The notes under the pieces are model-generated. The model was not told the DNA's origin. It saw only the letters and a program-made list of their open reading frames with translations, and searched no databases. Below, piece by piece: positions 1 through 12,759 of a DNA stretch of 64,000 nucleotides (position 1 is the stretch's first letter; every line of letters starts with the position of its first letter). Both the position numbers and the translations under genes were made by a program. Source of the stretch: Camelus ferus (lineage: Eukaryota); contig NC_045696.1 of assembly GCF_009834535.1 (NCBI RefSeq), positions 32,056,001-32,120,000 on the forward strand, written 5' to 3'.

Positions 1-1864
1 TGCAACTGGGAGCCTGGCATCATAAAAGTGGGAGCAGAATTGTTTAAAAGTACTATCCATCTTCTCCCCAAAGGAAGAGTCAGAACCCTGTTTGGCTATA
101 GATTTAATGGTGATGCTCAGCTAGTTAAAAGAAAAACAGCAATAAAAGAAAAACAAAAAACTGTGACATATTACGATAATGACATCAGTTAGAAAACATC
201 TCTTTCCCAGGGTTGTCTTCCTGTGTAAGGGAATCAGTAACTTAGAAACTCGTGGCCTCTGTTTATTTCAATGGAGATGCCATGACTATTTGATGAGTAA
301 TTTTTGTAATAATAATTTTGACATAATTAAGTTGGCCATTTATCATTTTGGAAATGAAATTCTCACAGGGAAAAGACATTTTATTTTGTTGAGAATTTTG
401 ATTTCAGTGCCATAAATCTAATTTAGGCTGACCACTGTTTCTCCCCCTCAGCTAAACTCTCCCTCACTAAACTCTCCCTAAGTCCTGCTTTGGAAGGACA
501 AGCCCCTAATACCACAGTACATTTGATGACATAGATAAGTCTGTGAAAATCTGGCACTCAGGCCCCCTTTACTGTCAGACTAACTTAAATGTCCCAGTTT
601 ATCATTTACCAACTGTAAAGCTAATGCTTTGACATGCTTTATCCTTTGTCTTTCTGTCAAAATTTTCAGAACTCAGGTTATAATAAAAAGTATTATTTTT
701 TAGTTCCCTTTAAAATTACAAATAAACTTTTTTAATACAAGACATTGTTAAGTTTAGGTTGCTGAAAATTAGCTATAATTCTACAATTCTTTCTCTATGT
801 AAAGCCAGCAGAAAAGGTAACTTTAGCTGCAGGCTGTTTCTTCCAAAACACATGGTAGCTGTGAGCAAAATTCACTCTCATTTAAATCAGTGTACCTCAC
901 AATCTAGGGAATGATATTATCAGAATTATTTGACATGAAAAAAATATTAGTTTGTATTTAAATAGATCAAATAATTCTGATTTTAGAGACTGATTCTGTT
1001 ACTATTTTTTATTCATATTGAATAAAGAAAGGTGGCCACTTTCAGAGAATTGATTAGAACTATCAAATTAGAAATTTTAGTTGAATATGTTATTTGCAAA
1101 TTGTTTATATAATTATTAAGGCATAAGAATTTTTGATATTTTGGAAGGTCCAAAGGAGTTTGAAACATATTTTTCTTTTTAAATGATGCAAAATGGAATA
1201 TAAGGTAAGGATAAAATCCCTCTAGGGTTTTTGGAATGCAGACCAGTAATAAAAGCATGGAACCTAGTTTATGAGTTAGAAGGATAATATGTACTGTAGA
1301 AATAATAGGAGCACAAGTGGGAAAATGAAAAATATAGAAGCCTTGTGTGCCTAAGGAAAGGCATTGACATTTTCAAATGATATTTGATAATGCCATTTCT
1401 GTAAATATGTTTTAAGTACAGAAACCTTTTGAATGAAAAACCTGTGGAAAGTTTTTCTTGGGAAGTCTTTAGAGACAACTAAGAAATATTTTAAAAATAA
1501 TACTGGTTTTTACTTTATGGAATGTATATCCAGATATTCTAATGTATGCTGGGGCAAAATATCACTTTAGTGTTTGAATAACTTCTACACTTTCCCATCT
1601 CTTTCTTATTCTCCAACAGGGCTCAAGTTTTTATATTTTATTTTTGGGGTGTGACTCTGACCATGGTGCTGAATTCTTACCCAGTAGGATTTCCCTATTG
1701 TAGGCTACGTGTACATAGAACAAAGCATATTTTGTAGTAATAATCTTATATCTCTCTTTGCTTGTGTTTGATAAAAGACAAAAGAAGTAATGGGGATACC
1801 CAAGATTTAAAGTTAAATTGATCAGGCATTTGCTATCTTTGTAACTTAAGTTGTTTAAACTTTC

Positions 1865-2310
1865 AGAGAAAGACAAATATCATATGATATCACTTACATG
1901 TGTAATCTAAAAAAACATACAAATTAACTTCTTTACAAAGCAGAAATAGAATCACAGAGATAGAACAGAAACTTATGATTATGAAAGGGGAAGTGATGGG
2001 AGTGGGGAGAGGGATAAATTAGGAGTTTGGGATTAACAGATACATACTACTATGTATAAAATAGATAAACAACAAGGACGTATTTTATAGCCCAGGGAAC
2101 TATATTCAATTAACTTCAATAGCCTATAATGGAAAAGAATCTGAAAAAGTATACACACATATGTGTGTGTGTGTGTGTGCACGTGTGCATATATATGGTG
2201 AAATAACCACTATATATATATATATAAATCACTTTGGTGTACACCTGGAACTAATACAGTATTGTAAATCAACTACACTTCAATTAAAAAGTATAAAATA
2301 AATTTTAAAA
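1865..2310 (+). mobile_element. 5'-truncated LINE-1 3' UTR fragment (artiodactyl-type)
   Basis: agagaaagacaaatatcatatgatatcactta...ttgtaaatcaactacacttcaattaaaaa with an A-rich tail. Clearly homologous to 10200-10570. Confidence 0.9.
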
Positions 2311-3629
2311 ATGCAAAAAATACCTTTCTAAGTCCAGAATTTTTATTTATTAAGTGGCAGTCATCCTGGATATATTTTATAGGGTTGTTAAGGATTATAC
2401 ATGGCATCTCACATAAAAAGTATGCCAATAAATTTTAGACCTTTCTTCTCCTCCATAATCCTTTACTGAAAAACTAGTGTCTAATTCATTACCAACTTGT
2501 AGAGGTCTAAATGAGTTCATTCTTATGATGCCAGTTGCTGAGATAGTCAATCATATAAACTTGATTATCAAGTGGGGCATTTTTAGACTGAATAATTTTT
2601 AAAACTGTCTAAATGTATTTGAATAATCCATGTGTGATCTTTCAACTTCCAGTGGGATTTCACATAAGGGAGAAATTTTTGGAGATAGCTTATTTACAAT
2701 TTTTGCCAAAACTGTCCACTAAGAAAAAAAAAAAAAACCTGATGACAAAGCTGCAGTGGAAGTATATTATTTTTGACATTTGGCTGTGTATAAAGAAACA
2801 CTTTGTACTATTATTCTCTTTCTATTTAAAAAGCTCTGGGACTTTAGATAAGTCACTAACCTCTTTATGTGTAATTTGTAATATGTTATGTATTTTTATT
2901 TTATAAAAGTAGTTAGTTAAAATAATCTATATACATTCATTTAGTTCAAACACAGAACAAAATGAAATAACCACAAGAGATATTTAAACATGGATCTAGA
3001 ATTTGGTAGATCTCAAACCTTGTTTCACACATTCTGGGCAGTGGTAGCTACCTAATGCCTCCATCTGAGGGCTCAGGATCACCAAAATTCTGAAAACAAA
3101 TTTTTTCTTTACTCTGAGCAAGAAGTGAACTAGGAATCCATACTTAAGATTTATTTGGTTCATTATCAAGTTCTTGTGCTTTTGTCTTGAGCTTGGGATC
3201 TTTTTCTGAGCATTGTAGTCTCAAATCTCTGTTTTCATGTTGATCCAAACTTCTTTCTGGGTCTTCAGGTTTGCATTTCCTTTTCTCTGATCCCAAGTTT
3301 CAGAATTCTGGTCACCCTACACTCTTGTCTATAAAACTCTGTAGACATAGTATGTATTTGCCTGCCTTCCTGAACTGATTTTTTTTTTTCTGCAAGAAAT
3401 CCCAGACAATGTAAAGAGCTTGCAAGCTAGTTCTCTTTTACCTAGCTCTAAATTACTGTACAAATCCTTAAAAATAATAATCTCTGTGGTACCAAATAGT
3501 GTAGTAGTATAATTTCTGATTGGGATTCGCATGATGTGTGTGTGTGTATGTGGGTGTGTGTTTTGAAAACTTAGATAATGGAATTAAGAGCACATCCAAT
3601 GTGATATTGAGTTGTGTCAAGATGCTCTG

Positions 3630-3900
3630 ATTTCAGAAGCCTTAACTAGAATTTAAAATGACCTTGACAAATTAGAGAAGTCATCCATCAAAAACAGTAT
3701 GAAATTTAATAGCGACAACTGTAGGGTAAGTACAAAGGGAGAAATGACTAAGGATGTGTGCAAGAAGCACAGGAGTAACTCTAAGCAATTTTGTAAAAAA
3801 ATATGTGGAAACTATGGGGAGAAAAGCTGAAAATTAATCAGCATTAAATTGTTAATTTTCAAGAGCTGATATGACACTTAGATACACAGTATTATGAGCT
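3630..3900 (+). mobile_element. Ancient L3/CR1 LINE fragment
   Basis: aaaatgaccttgacaaattagagaag...atgaaatttaatagcgacaactgtag resembles the recalled CR1/L3 RT-region consensus. Confidence 0.6.
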
Positions 3901-4169
3901 ATCATGGAAAAGCAGAAAAGTAATCTTTTGGCTTTGTAATATCTGAGGATAATCCTCTTCTAAATTTTGCCAGTAGTGAGAACTTTATTACTGAAAGATG
4001 TTTACTGGTTCTTATAACTATTTACTGGTACCCTACTGTTTAAGAGTGAAATGCTACAGACTCTCATCTGATACTTCCTTCTAACTACCATAGGCAACAA
4101 AGTAACGTTCTTGTCAAGATAATACCTCCAGTATCACATTCTATAATTTTATTGTCTTCTGTATTGGAC

Positions 4170-4700
4170 GTATGTTACATTTTGTCTGTACAGCATCTCT
4201 TTATTTTAGGAATTGACCTCTTCCCATTTTGGTGAAATAGTTTAATCCATCATATATTCACATCTTTGCTTTCATTGCACAATCAGAGAGAGTGAGTGAC
4301 TGAAGGACGGGCATGTAATGAAAGATAGGCTGTTTCTTAGCTATAGTAGGGCTCTTGTTTGGATTATGAAGAAACAGCTCTTCTTTTTGGAACCCCTCAA
4401 TATAATTATAGAGTAAGCCTAGAAATTTCTTGACCCTCCTGGTGTACCTGTGTGGAAAACCAGCTTAAGCTTTAACTAATACAAAGGAAATTTAAATAAG
4501 AGTTCAACCTTGGATGAAATGAAACACAATCCTAATGATATCACTTAAACCTTTGGATCAAAGCGGACTGAAATAACTTCCAACCATGGACTTAAGTTAA
4601 ATTAACTAATATATATTTTAAAAAATTTTACTTTGGTTTTTGCTTAAACTAACTTGATTTGGATTTATGACACTTGCAACCTAAAGTTTAGACTAAAACC
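4170..4700 (+). mobile_element. Old MaLR LTR (MLT1J/K-like)
   Basis: 3' end tttgcttaaactaacttgatttggatttatgacacttgcaacctaaag is typical of old MLT1 LTRs. 5' edge uncertain. Confidence 0.6.
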
Positions 4701-4965
4701 TGTTCATCCTTGGTTATCTTAATAGAGCCATAGTGTAGGAAAATACTCTGATTATTGAGCTCCTTCCCCTCTCCTCATCAGCAAAAGAATAGATGATTTT
4801 ACTATCAATGTTAGAAAGAAGCAAATCTATAGCAAAACAAACAAAATGCATTAGGCAAGATCTTGGCATATCCTTTGAGTTTTAATTCCTGGGACTTAGA
4901 CCTAAAGTTGCATAAATATTATAGTAGTGATGATGATGCCAACATGATAATTATCAAATGAAAAG

Positions 4966-5711
4966 TATGGTGGTTAATTTTATGTGTCAACTTGCCTGGG
5001 ATACAGGTTGCTGAGATATTTGACTAAATATATTTCTGGGTGAAACTGTTAAGTGTGTTCCTGGATAAGATTAACATTTAAATCAGCAGATTGAGTAAAG
5101 TGGACTACCCTCTGTGATGGTTAATTTTTTATGTCAACTTGACAGACCATGGGATGCCCAGATTAAACATTATGTCTGGGTGTGACTTTGATGGTGTTTC
5201 TAGATGAAATAAGCATTTGAATTAGTGGATTATGTAAAGTAGATAGCCCTCCCCAAAGTGGGCAAACATTGTCCAATTCCTTGAGGACCCAAGTGAATAA
5301 AAAGTAGAGTAAGGGAGAATTCTTCCTCTTTCTACCTGCCTGGTAAAGTTGGGACATTGGTCTTCCCCTGCCCTTGGACTGGGATTCCTAGGCCTTCAGA
5401 CTTGAGTTGGAATTATATCACTGCTTTTCCTTGGTCTCCAGCTTGCAGAATCTGTTGAAGACCTGAATAGAATAAACGTCTAGGTAAGAAAGAATTCTCT
5501 CTCTGTGTCTGACTGTTTTCAGTATGGGACATTAGCCTTCTGCCTCCTGGACTTTAATTGGAACTTACACCATTGACTCTCCTTGTTTAGGCCTTTGGTC
5601 TCAGACTAGAACTCCACTCTTAGCTCTCCTGGGTCTCCAGTTTGCTGACTACGTATCTTGGGACTTCTTAGTTGCCGTAACTGCATGAGCCAATTCCTTA
5701 TAATAAATCAA

Positions 5712-5758
<47 letters not shown>

Positions 5759-5801
5759 TCTCCTATTGATTCTATTTCTCTGGAGATCCTAGACTAATAA
5801 A
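4966..5801 (+). mobile_element. MLT2 (ERVL) LTR with a second MLT2 5' segment nested at about 5113-5449
   Basis: Two MLT2 starts (tatggtggttaattttatgtgtcaacttg at 4966; tgtgatggttaattttttatgtcaacttg at 5113). Single 3' end tttctctggagatcctagactaataaa. AATAAA at about 5702. Confidence 0.88.
5712..5758. repeat. (TATC)n tetranucleotide microsatellite within MLT2
   Basis: Direct inspection, about 11 units. Confidence 0.95.
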
Positions 5802-5818
5802 TATTTTGGTACCAAGGA

Positions 5819-6038
5819 CAGCATTGTCCAGTAGTGCTTTCTATGATGATGTTTCGAAATGTTGTCAATCTGTGTAGTCCAATAGAGTAGTCACTAGTCA
5901 CTAGTCACATGTGGCTATTGAGTACTTAAAATGTGAATAGGATGACTAAGATGTATAGTTTAAAATTCTCATCTCATTTTAATTAATTTAAATTTAAACA
6001 GTTGGACTGTGTTAGTGTCTATCTTTTGGACAGCACAG
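5819..6038 (+). mobile_element. MER3 (hAT-Charlie MITE)
   Basis: Ends cagcattgtcca and tggacagcacag. Internal cacatgtggctattgagtacttaaaatgtg and ttttaattaatttaaatttaaa match the recalled MER3 consensus. Confidence 0.88.
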
Positions 6039-6919
6039 TTCTAGGAACAAGCCATAGTTTTAAAGCTATGCTATTCCTTATAGTTGACTTTCCAGGCTTA
6101 TTTCCTCCTATTCTCCTCTGTCCTTTTAGTAATTGTTTGCTACTTCAATATGCTTTGTTATTCTGATTATTTTTATTTTATTAAGGTACAAATAAGATGT
6201 TCCCTAGAGATGTAGAGCAACTTGGCTGCTCAATCATTGGAATTATAAGGTAGCTTAATATTTCACTAGGAGTCAAGTAATATTATATTTACTATTAAAT
6301 AGAGTTCTTCAAAATTCTTTATTGCAGCTATTTATTTACCAACATAGCTCCTTTTATTTGGCCAATCTGGACTAAAAACTGAGTTCTCATTTGGTTTTGG
6401 TATTGTTAATCGAACCTGGCTTATTCCGTAGAACTCTGTAATATTCCTAAAAGAAGTTATATTAATACTAGTACAAATACAAATAATCTCCTAAAACATC
6501 AGACTACAAAAATGAGAAAAAACAGTTGTGTATACTTTAATATGTAAACTGTAGTTGTTTCTATCTATATATTCCAAACATTTTGCTGTCGAAAAAAGTG
6601 AGGGATAGTTAACAATGGTCAATAGTGGTTATGTATTGGGAATAAAATCACTAAAGTAACTTTTGCTGGGTGTCTGTTTTATTTATTTCAGTTTATTTAT
6701 CTCTACATAATTTGTATTTTGCCAACTCATGTGTTTCTTTTGTAAACAAAAAGCTAAATCTAATTTTTTATAAGCACTGAATTTGTAGTTTGAGTGGTGC
6801 CACTTAATACTTAGAATTATTTATTAAGGAAAATAATGCCTAAAAAAGATACAAAGAGGGAAGTTAAGTAAGTCTGTATTTATACAAGTTAAACTAGAGG
6901 ATAATCAGCTTTTCATGGA

Positions 6920-7300
6920 TTCATCCATTCTTTCAGTAAGTATATGTTAAATGATTAATGTGTTTTAGCTCTTTAATTCTAGTTGCTGAAAATCCAGTCA
7001 ACAAGTTGAAGTCCTTGCATTCTTCCAACTTGTATTCTAGTTGGGGAGAAAACAAATACACAAGTATAAAGTAAATTAAATAATATATAAATAAGTTCAG
7101 GTTTATAACGGGCATGAAAATAATAAAACAAAGATAGATTTGGTTGGAGGAGCAGAGGATCATCAGTAAATGACTCTCTGGAAATGCCACATTTGAGTAG
7201 ACTCCTCACAAAAGTAAGAAAATGACTATATCATGATCTTGAGTAAAATGTTCCACGTAAAAAACACCCCCCACACAAAAACCTTGTGGCAAGTATGAAA
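6920..7300 (-). mobile_element. L2 3'-end fragment
   Basis: attcatccattctttcagtaagtat tail, cttgtattctagttggggaga, and acatttgagtagact. Confidence 0.6.
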
Positions 7301-8392
7301 TTAACTTGAATGAATAGATAGAGTCATCTTCTTTAGAGATCTTTTGGTTTATTTTGCTTTGTCTTTTAATAAAGCTGATTTTCAATATTACTGTCCAAGA
7401 GTTGAGAGTTATCTCCAGAATATTTCCATTTACCTTTGGTCATTTGTAAAATAACTATGGTACATATTAGTTGCTATTAAAAGGAATCATCTTTTAGGAT
7501 GAATTTAAGAAAGTGCATGATGGCCACATATCTTAGATCATTTAGATTCAATCATAATAGAGATGGAAGTTATACTACATAACATCACAAGGTCATTTTT
7601 ACTCTATATATTGCAATTGCATATTTTAAAATCAGGCAATATATAGATGTTGGTATATTGCCACTTGGTTTATTCATGGAAAAATGAAGAAATAGTTAAT
7701 CTTGAGATTGTAAATTTCTGAAAATTTGTGAATTTCTTTTCAATATTTATATAACATCATCAATATAAGTTGAAATTCTAGCTATAAGGTATTTCAAGTG
7801 GGGTGGGGTAAAATAATAGGTCATAACTTAAGGATATTGAATGTTTTGTAAGTAGTAGCAAAATGCTAAGTTAAAAATGCATTTAAAGGCAGTTAATATT
7901 GCTATATACTATCACACACACATGCACATAAATAAATAATACTATATAGTATGCATTATACTATATATACTATATACCAAACCCAAGGATTCTTAATGTC
8001 TCTGCAACACAGGCAGCTGACCTCATATTTAAAACGCTAGAGAGCTGGAGAATGACAGTCAATGCTTCCAGTATTCAATAAGTTAATTTTCTTTCACAAT
8101 GGTCTACATTTTCACCAGGCCATGAATTTTCTTTTTCTAGGTCCATTTACTGCAAGAGTCAATTTTCTATGAGAGTCAGTTTAGCATGGATTTTTAGATT
8201 GTTTTAGTCCTGATATCTATAATGACTGTATATTTCAAGTGTTTAGATATTTCACTTAAATTTAATATTTTAAAAGAGAAATATAAATATTTCAATTAAC
8301 GATGTGAAATCCCAGTAAATTTATCCATAGTTGTCAAAACTTGACACAATTTTCCCATTCACATTTCAAAAACTTTTGCCACAATTAAAACT

Positions 8393-8539
8393 TTTTTATT
8401 TGTTATTTATTTTTCCAGCTTTGAAGTATAACTGACAAATAAATTTGTGATATATTTAAAGTTTACGTTGTGATGATTTGATATAAGTATACATTATGAA
8501 AGGATTTTACCTGTCTAGTTAATTATGACACCCATCACC
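8393..8539 (-). mobile_element. Short L1 3'-end insertion (L1MA-like) with candidate TSD
   Basis: T-rich tail then tttgaagtataactgacaaataaa...acccatcacc. TTAAAACT flanks both sides (8385-8392, 8540-8547). Confidence 0.8.
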
Positions 8540-9746
8540 TTAAAACTGCTGACAAATTACTTTGCTCCTAATTGAATAAAAAAGGCATAAATACCACATT
8601 TATGATAAATACCAAAATTTTCAAACTGGTGGAAAAAAGTCATAAAGTACAAGCTTACTGTGGTCTCCTCTGTGAAATCTATCTTAAAAGAATTCTAATA
8701 TCTATAGTACAATTGGAGGAGGAGGAGGCTGTCATCCTCTACTGTGACAGTACAGCAAAGAGAACCATAATATGCAAGGCAGGGAAAAAGTATTTGCTAT
8801 CATTATATAACTTTTAAAATGAGTATTAAATGCAAGGCTTGTATTTAAAACATTTAAAAATTACTTCAAAACAAAATATTTTTGCCATAAAGTAAAGGAG
8901 AATACAAGACTTAATTATTAAAAAAAAAAAAAGTATAGAAAATCTTCCAAACAGGTTTAATATTTTATACTATTGCATATAGGAAAGCATAGATAGATGC
9001 CATCTTTTGGCAATTTATGAAATTAATTCATTGTGTGATGACTCATAAGAGGTCAGTTAATTCGTACATTTACAGAGACACTGATAATCTATGTAGATAA
9101 TAATAGCCTTAAAATTATGAAATTAAGATATGTAAAGATATTTAATTTCATTCTAAGAAATGTTTTAAGTTTTAGAGATGAAGTTATCCATACAATGACA
9201 ACTCTACAACATATTGACCCTTGTCACACTTTAAAATATTGAAAGATTTTACAACCATTGAGCATTTTATATTTTTAAGTTAATTGATTAATAGCATCTA
9301 AGAATCGACTATTTAGAAAATATAGCATTATCTATTCTTTGTACTTGAGGATGACATTGTTTATTCAAATGGCTAGAGCTCATGTTTTGAGTGTCCTCCC
9401 TACCCCCCGCCCTGCCCCAGGACTGGAATAAATGCAAACTCTCTTCCATTCCCCTGAGTGTGTTGGCTAAAGAGAGCTCTTAATCACATTAAAGTTTATT
9501 ACTCTCATCACAGTCAAACCTACAACCATTTTCAACCTATCTAATTAAATTAATCAATTTGTTCTATGGTTTACAAGAAGAGTTACTTTTGTGTTGGGAT
9601 GACAAGGAGACTCCTGGGGTTCCTGAAAATAACAATGTAACAAAAATCCTCTTGGCCTTTTAGTCTCCTCCATTTCATAGAACACCCACAAAATTCTCCC
9701 TGGGGTTGAGTGTGCAGTAAAGCACTGTTAGAGACTAGAACTTCTC

Positions 9747-10570
9747 TAAAAAGTCTACAAATAATAAAAGCTAGAGGATGTGGAAAAAAAGGTACCCTCC
9801 TACATGTTTGGTGGGAATGTAAATTAGTGTAGACACTATGGAGGACAGTATGGAGGTTCCTTAAATAAGTAAAAATAGACTTACTATATGATTCAGCAAT
9901 CCCACTCCTGGGCATATATTCAGAAAAAACTATAATTCAGAAAGGCACGTGCACCCCAATGTTCATAGCGGCACTAATTGTAATAGCCAGGACATGGAAG
10001 TAACCTAAATGTCAATCAACAGATGACCAGGTAAAGGAGATATGGTGTATGTGTGTGTGTGTATATATATATATACACACACACACACACATACACACAC
10101 AAAAAATTATTATAAAATAAAGTATTACTCAGCCATAATAAAGAATGAAATAATGCCATTTGCAGCAACAAAGATTATCATATTGAGTGAAGTAAGTCAG
10201 AGAAAGACAAATATCATATGATATCACTTATATGTGGAATCTAAAAACAAAATACAATTTCTATTTACAAACCTAAAACAGACTCATAGACATAGAAAAC
10301 AAACTATGATTACCAAAGGGGAAAGGACTGGGAGGGATAAATTAGGGTTGGGGATTAACAGACACACATTACTATATATAAAATAGATAAACAACAAGGA
10401 CCTACTGTATAGCACAGGAAACTTATTCAATTTCTTATAATAACATATAATGGAAAAGAATCTGAAAAGAAAATGTATATATGTATGTATATGTACAACT
10501 GAATCACTTTGCTGTACATCTGAAATGTACATTGTAAATAAACTATATTTCAATAAAATTTTTTTTAAAA
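9747..10570 (+). mobile_element. 5'-truncated LINE-1 (end of ORF2 plus 3' UTR) with 15-bp TSD
   Basis: ggtgggaatgtaaattagt, cagcaatcccactcctgggcatata and aagaatgaaataatgccatttgcagcaaca are L1 hallmarks. TSD agactagaacttctc (9732-9746) / agactggaacttctc (10571-10585). Confidence 0.95.
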
Positions 10571-10577
10571 AGACTGG

Positions 10578-10737
10578 AACTTCTCAAACTTTGCATAGTA
10601 CATATAAATCACCCTGGAATCTTGTTATAATGAAGAATCTGATTTTGTAGGTATGGGGCCTCAGACTATGCAGTTCTAACAAAATTCCCAAGTGATGGTG
10701 GTAGTGTTGGACTGAGATCACATACTGCACAGCAAAC
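10578..10737. mobile_element. MER5A/MER5A1 (hAT-Charlie)
   Basis: ttctcaaacttt...aatcaccctggaatcttgtt...tctgattttgtaggtatggggcctcaga...ttctaacaaaattcccaagtgatg. Confidence 0.75.
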
Positions 10738-10904
10738 CTACAGACTGTTTTAGTATATAAATCCTAATTTCTCTGGCAGTTACCAAGAAGAAAAAGAATA
10801 CAGTTTGCTTCTGAGTATTGACCACAAATGCTGAGATACTCATGTTTAATTGGGGCATTTCCTTGACTATAACAATATTAGAGTAATAATTTTTTTTTTT
10901 TTTA

Positions 10905-11055
10905 GCTCAGTGAGACTTTAGAAGTCATCAAATGCAGCTTCCTCATACTATACTATAGTTGAGGCAACTGAGGGTCAGAAAAGTTGAATATATGCCCAAG
11001 GTCATACAGCTGGCAGAGGATGTGCCCTGGAACCCAGGAACCCTGACTACAGTTT
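10905..11055 (-). mobile_element. MIR SINE
   Basis: gaggcaactgagggtcaga...tgcccaaggtcatacagct is the reverse complement of the MIR core. Confidence 0.8.
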
Positions 11056-11904
11056 CAATAAAGAAACCTTAACTTCTTTGGCATTTCCATCTTTATATAC
11101 TCCCTGGCACAAAACATAAGCAAGAGTCAATAATGATTAAAATTTCACCTTTTGATGCTCACAATAGTTTAAATGATAGCAGTATCTTTAGACTTAACTG
11201 ACTTTCCTAACAGCTAAAACTCACAGTAGGCAACTATCTACTACAATAACAAGAGTATTCACACATCCTCTTTCTTCTAAAGTCCACTCTCAGTTTTATT
11301 ATGGACATTTTGCTTCTTAATTTTGAAAACCTGGGGAGAAAGGTGGAGAGAGAAATGAATGGGTCATTAGTTAAAAGGCAAGAGTTGAATTTGTGAAAGG
11401 TTGTGGCAAAGTAAGCAACAAATGGGAGAGAGCGGAGGGCCTCAGTATTGATCCTGCCTCTCATCTTTCCCTCCGTCTCCTTGCTTGCAGGTTTCTATTG
11501 TGTAGTCTTGGAAACAAAGCAGACTTTATTTATGGTGTGACTGATTTAACACTACTGAACTAGTCCATCATCTGCTAATTTGGTCCAGTTAAAAACTGGT
11601 CATAGGGAAAAGCCTGAGAATCAAGCTTGTTTGGAAACACAACTTCTGATTAATTTATGTCCTGTTTATTTATATCTCTGCTTCTAAAGGGCACTTTCAG
11701 GGTGCTGATTTATAGAGGTGGTTCTTTCCAGATTCCTGAGTTTCTTTTTATGATCACTTTTGGTTGAGTCTCTGAAGTAAGTACAGTTATGCTTTTTCTC
11801 CCTTCCTTAAGGCTGTTGTTAAGACATTTATAGAGATTGCCTAAGATTTCCTGCTATCCTGAATTAGAAAAATCCCACTAAACAGCTAGAGCCGTCAAAG
11901 CCCT

Positions 11905-12115
11905 TACACATTGCTGTACTAACATGTTTGCATTCTCACTTAATCCTTACAACTCCAAGAGTTAAGTACTATTATTATCCCCATTTTGCAGTTGAGGAGG
12001 CTTCTGATTTAAACATTCAAGTAAAATAAAGCACTGTGAAGCAAGAAGTGACAGCTATGGGATTTGAACCCGGGTCTACCTCATCTAGGTATACCTGACC
12101 TGACCTGTACGATAC
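11905..12115 (-). mobile_element. MIR SINE
   Basis: cacttaatccttacaac...tactattattatccccattttgcagttgagga...ggatttgaacccgggtct. Confidence 0.8.
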
Positions 12116-12449
12116 TGTCACCTGCTAGGCTCTACTGAGATCTATGCGTAGACTAAGTCAAATTCTCATGAATAACAACAAATTAATTTCCTCCACCCCT
12201 AACATTTTTTCCCTCTGCCACACAAGTTCTTGTAGGCAGGTAGGTGTTCCGCTCCCTATACTTAGCCTCTCCCACGCCCTCTGCAATCGTTCCCTTTTGC
12301 TGCTGGGAGCTTCAGAGAATGCAACTGCAGCTGGTGAGTGGGCAGGTGCAGCCACCATCTGCTCTAGGAGTCCAAATGCGCAAAAGAACTTCGCACCCAG
12401 GACCTGGCCCAGGCACCACGGATTCCAGAACCTGCTGGGGACACGCTAA

Positions 12450-12475
12450 CCCCGCCCCCTCGCGGTGGCGATTGG
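12450..12475. promoter_or_regulatory. Upstream GC box plus inverted CCAAT box
   Basis: CCCCGCCCC at 12450-12458 and GATTGGCT around 12470-12477. Confidence 0.55.
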
Positions 12476-12659
12476 CTGAACCCTTCCCGAATGCTAGGCA
12501 CTGATTAATGAAGGCGCTGTCTTCTCTGCAAGTTAAGGCAAGACTCTCTAAGGAGGTGAGACCCGCCGGGGATGTGTGAATGGGGGCTTTAGTTCTTCCT
12601 GCCCGAAGGGTCCTTGAGAAGCCTGTTTGTTTTTCCCGGCGCCTGTCTCCACCCATCCC

Positions 12660-12750
12660 TTTCTCTCATTGGCCGGCCCTGGTGGGCGGGTGTGTTTCCA
12701 TTGGCCAGGGGGCGGTGTCTGTCCCTGGCCAGGGTTGGGGCGGGGCCTCC
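12660..12750 (+). promoter_or_regulatory. TATA-less core promoter with two inverted CCAAT boxes and three GC boxes
   Basis: ATTGG at 12668-12672 and 12700-12704. GGGCGG at 12684-12689 and 12710-12715. GGGGCGGGGC at 12737-12746. Confidence 0.8.
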
Positions 12751-12759
12751 GCCGCGCTG

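Noticed and set aside
447..480. Short tandem duplication (ctaaactctccct x2); similar ones near 18830 and 58213
   Set aside because: Ordinary slippage duplications with only two copies and no further structure.
12409..12428. REST/RE1-like site (GCACCACGGA)
   Set aside because: The central 10 nt match but both flanks (TCA, CAG) deviate. A second look-alike near 13314-13340 is also poor.
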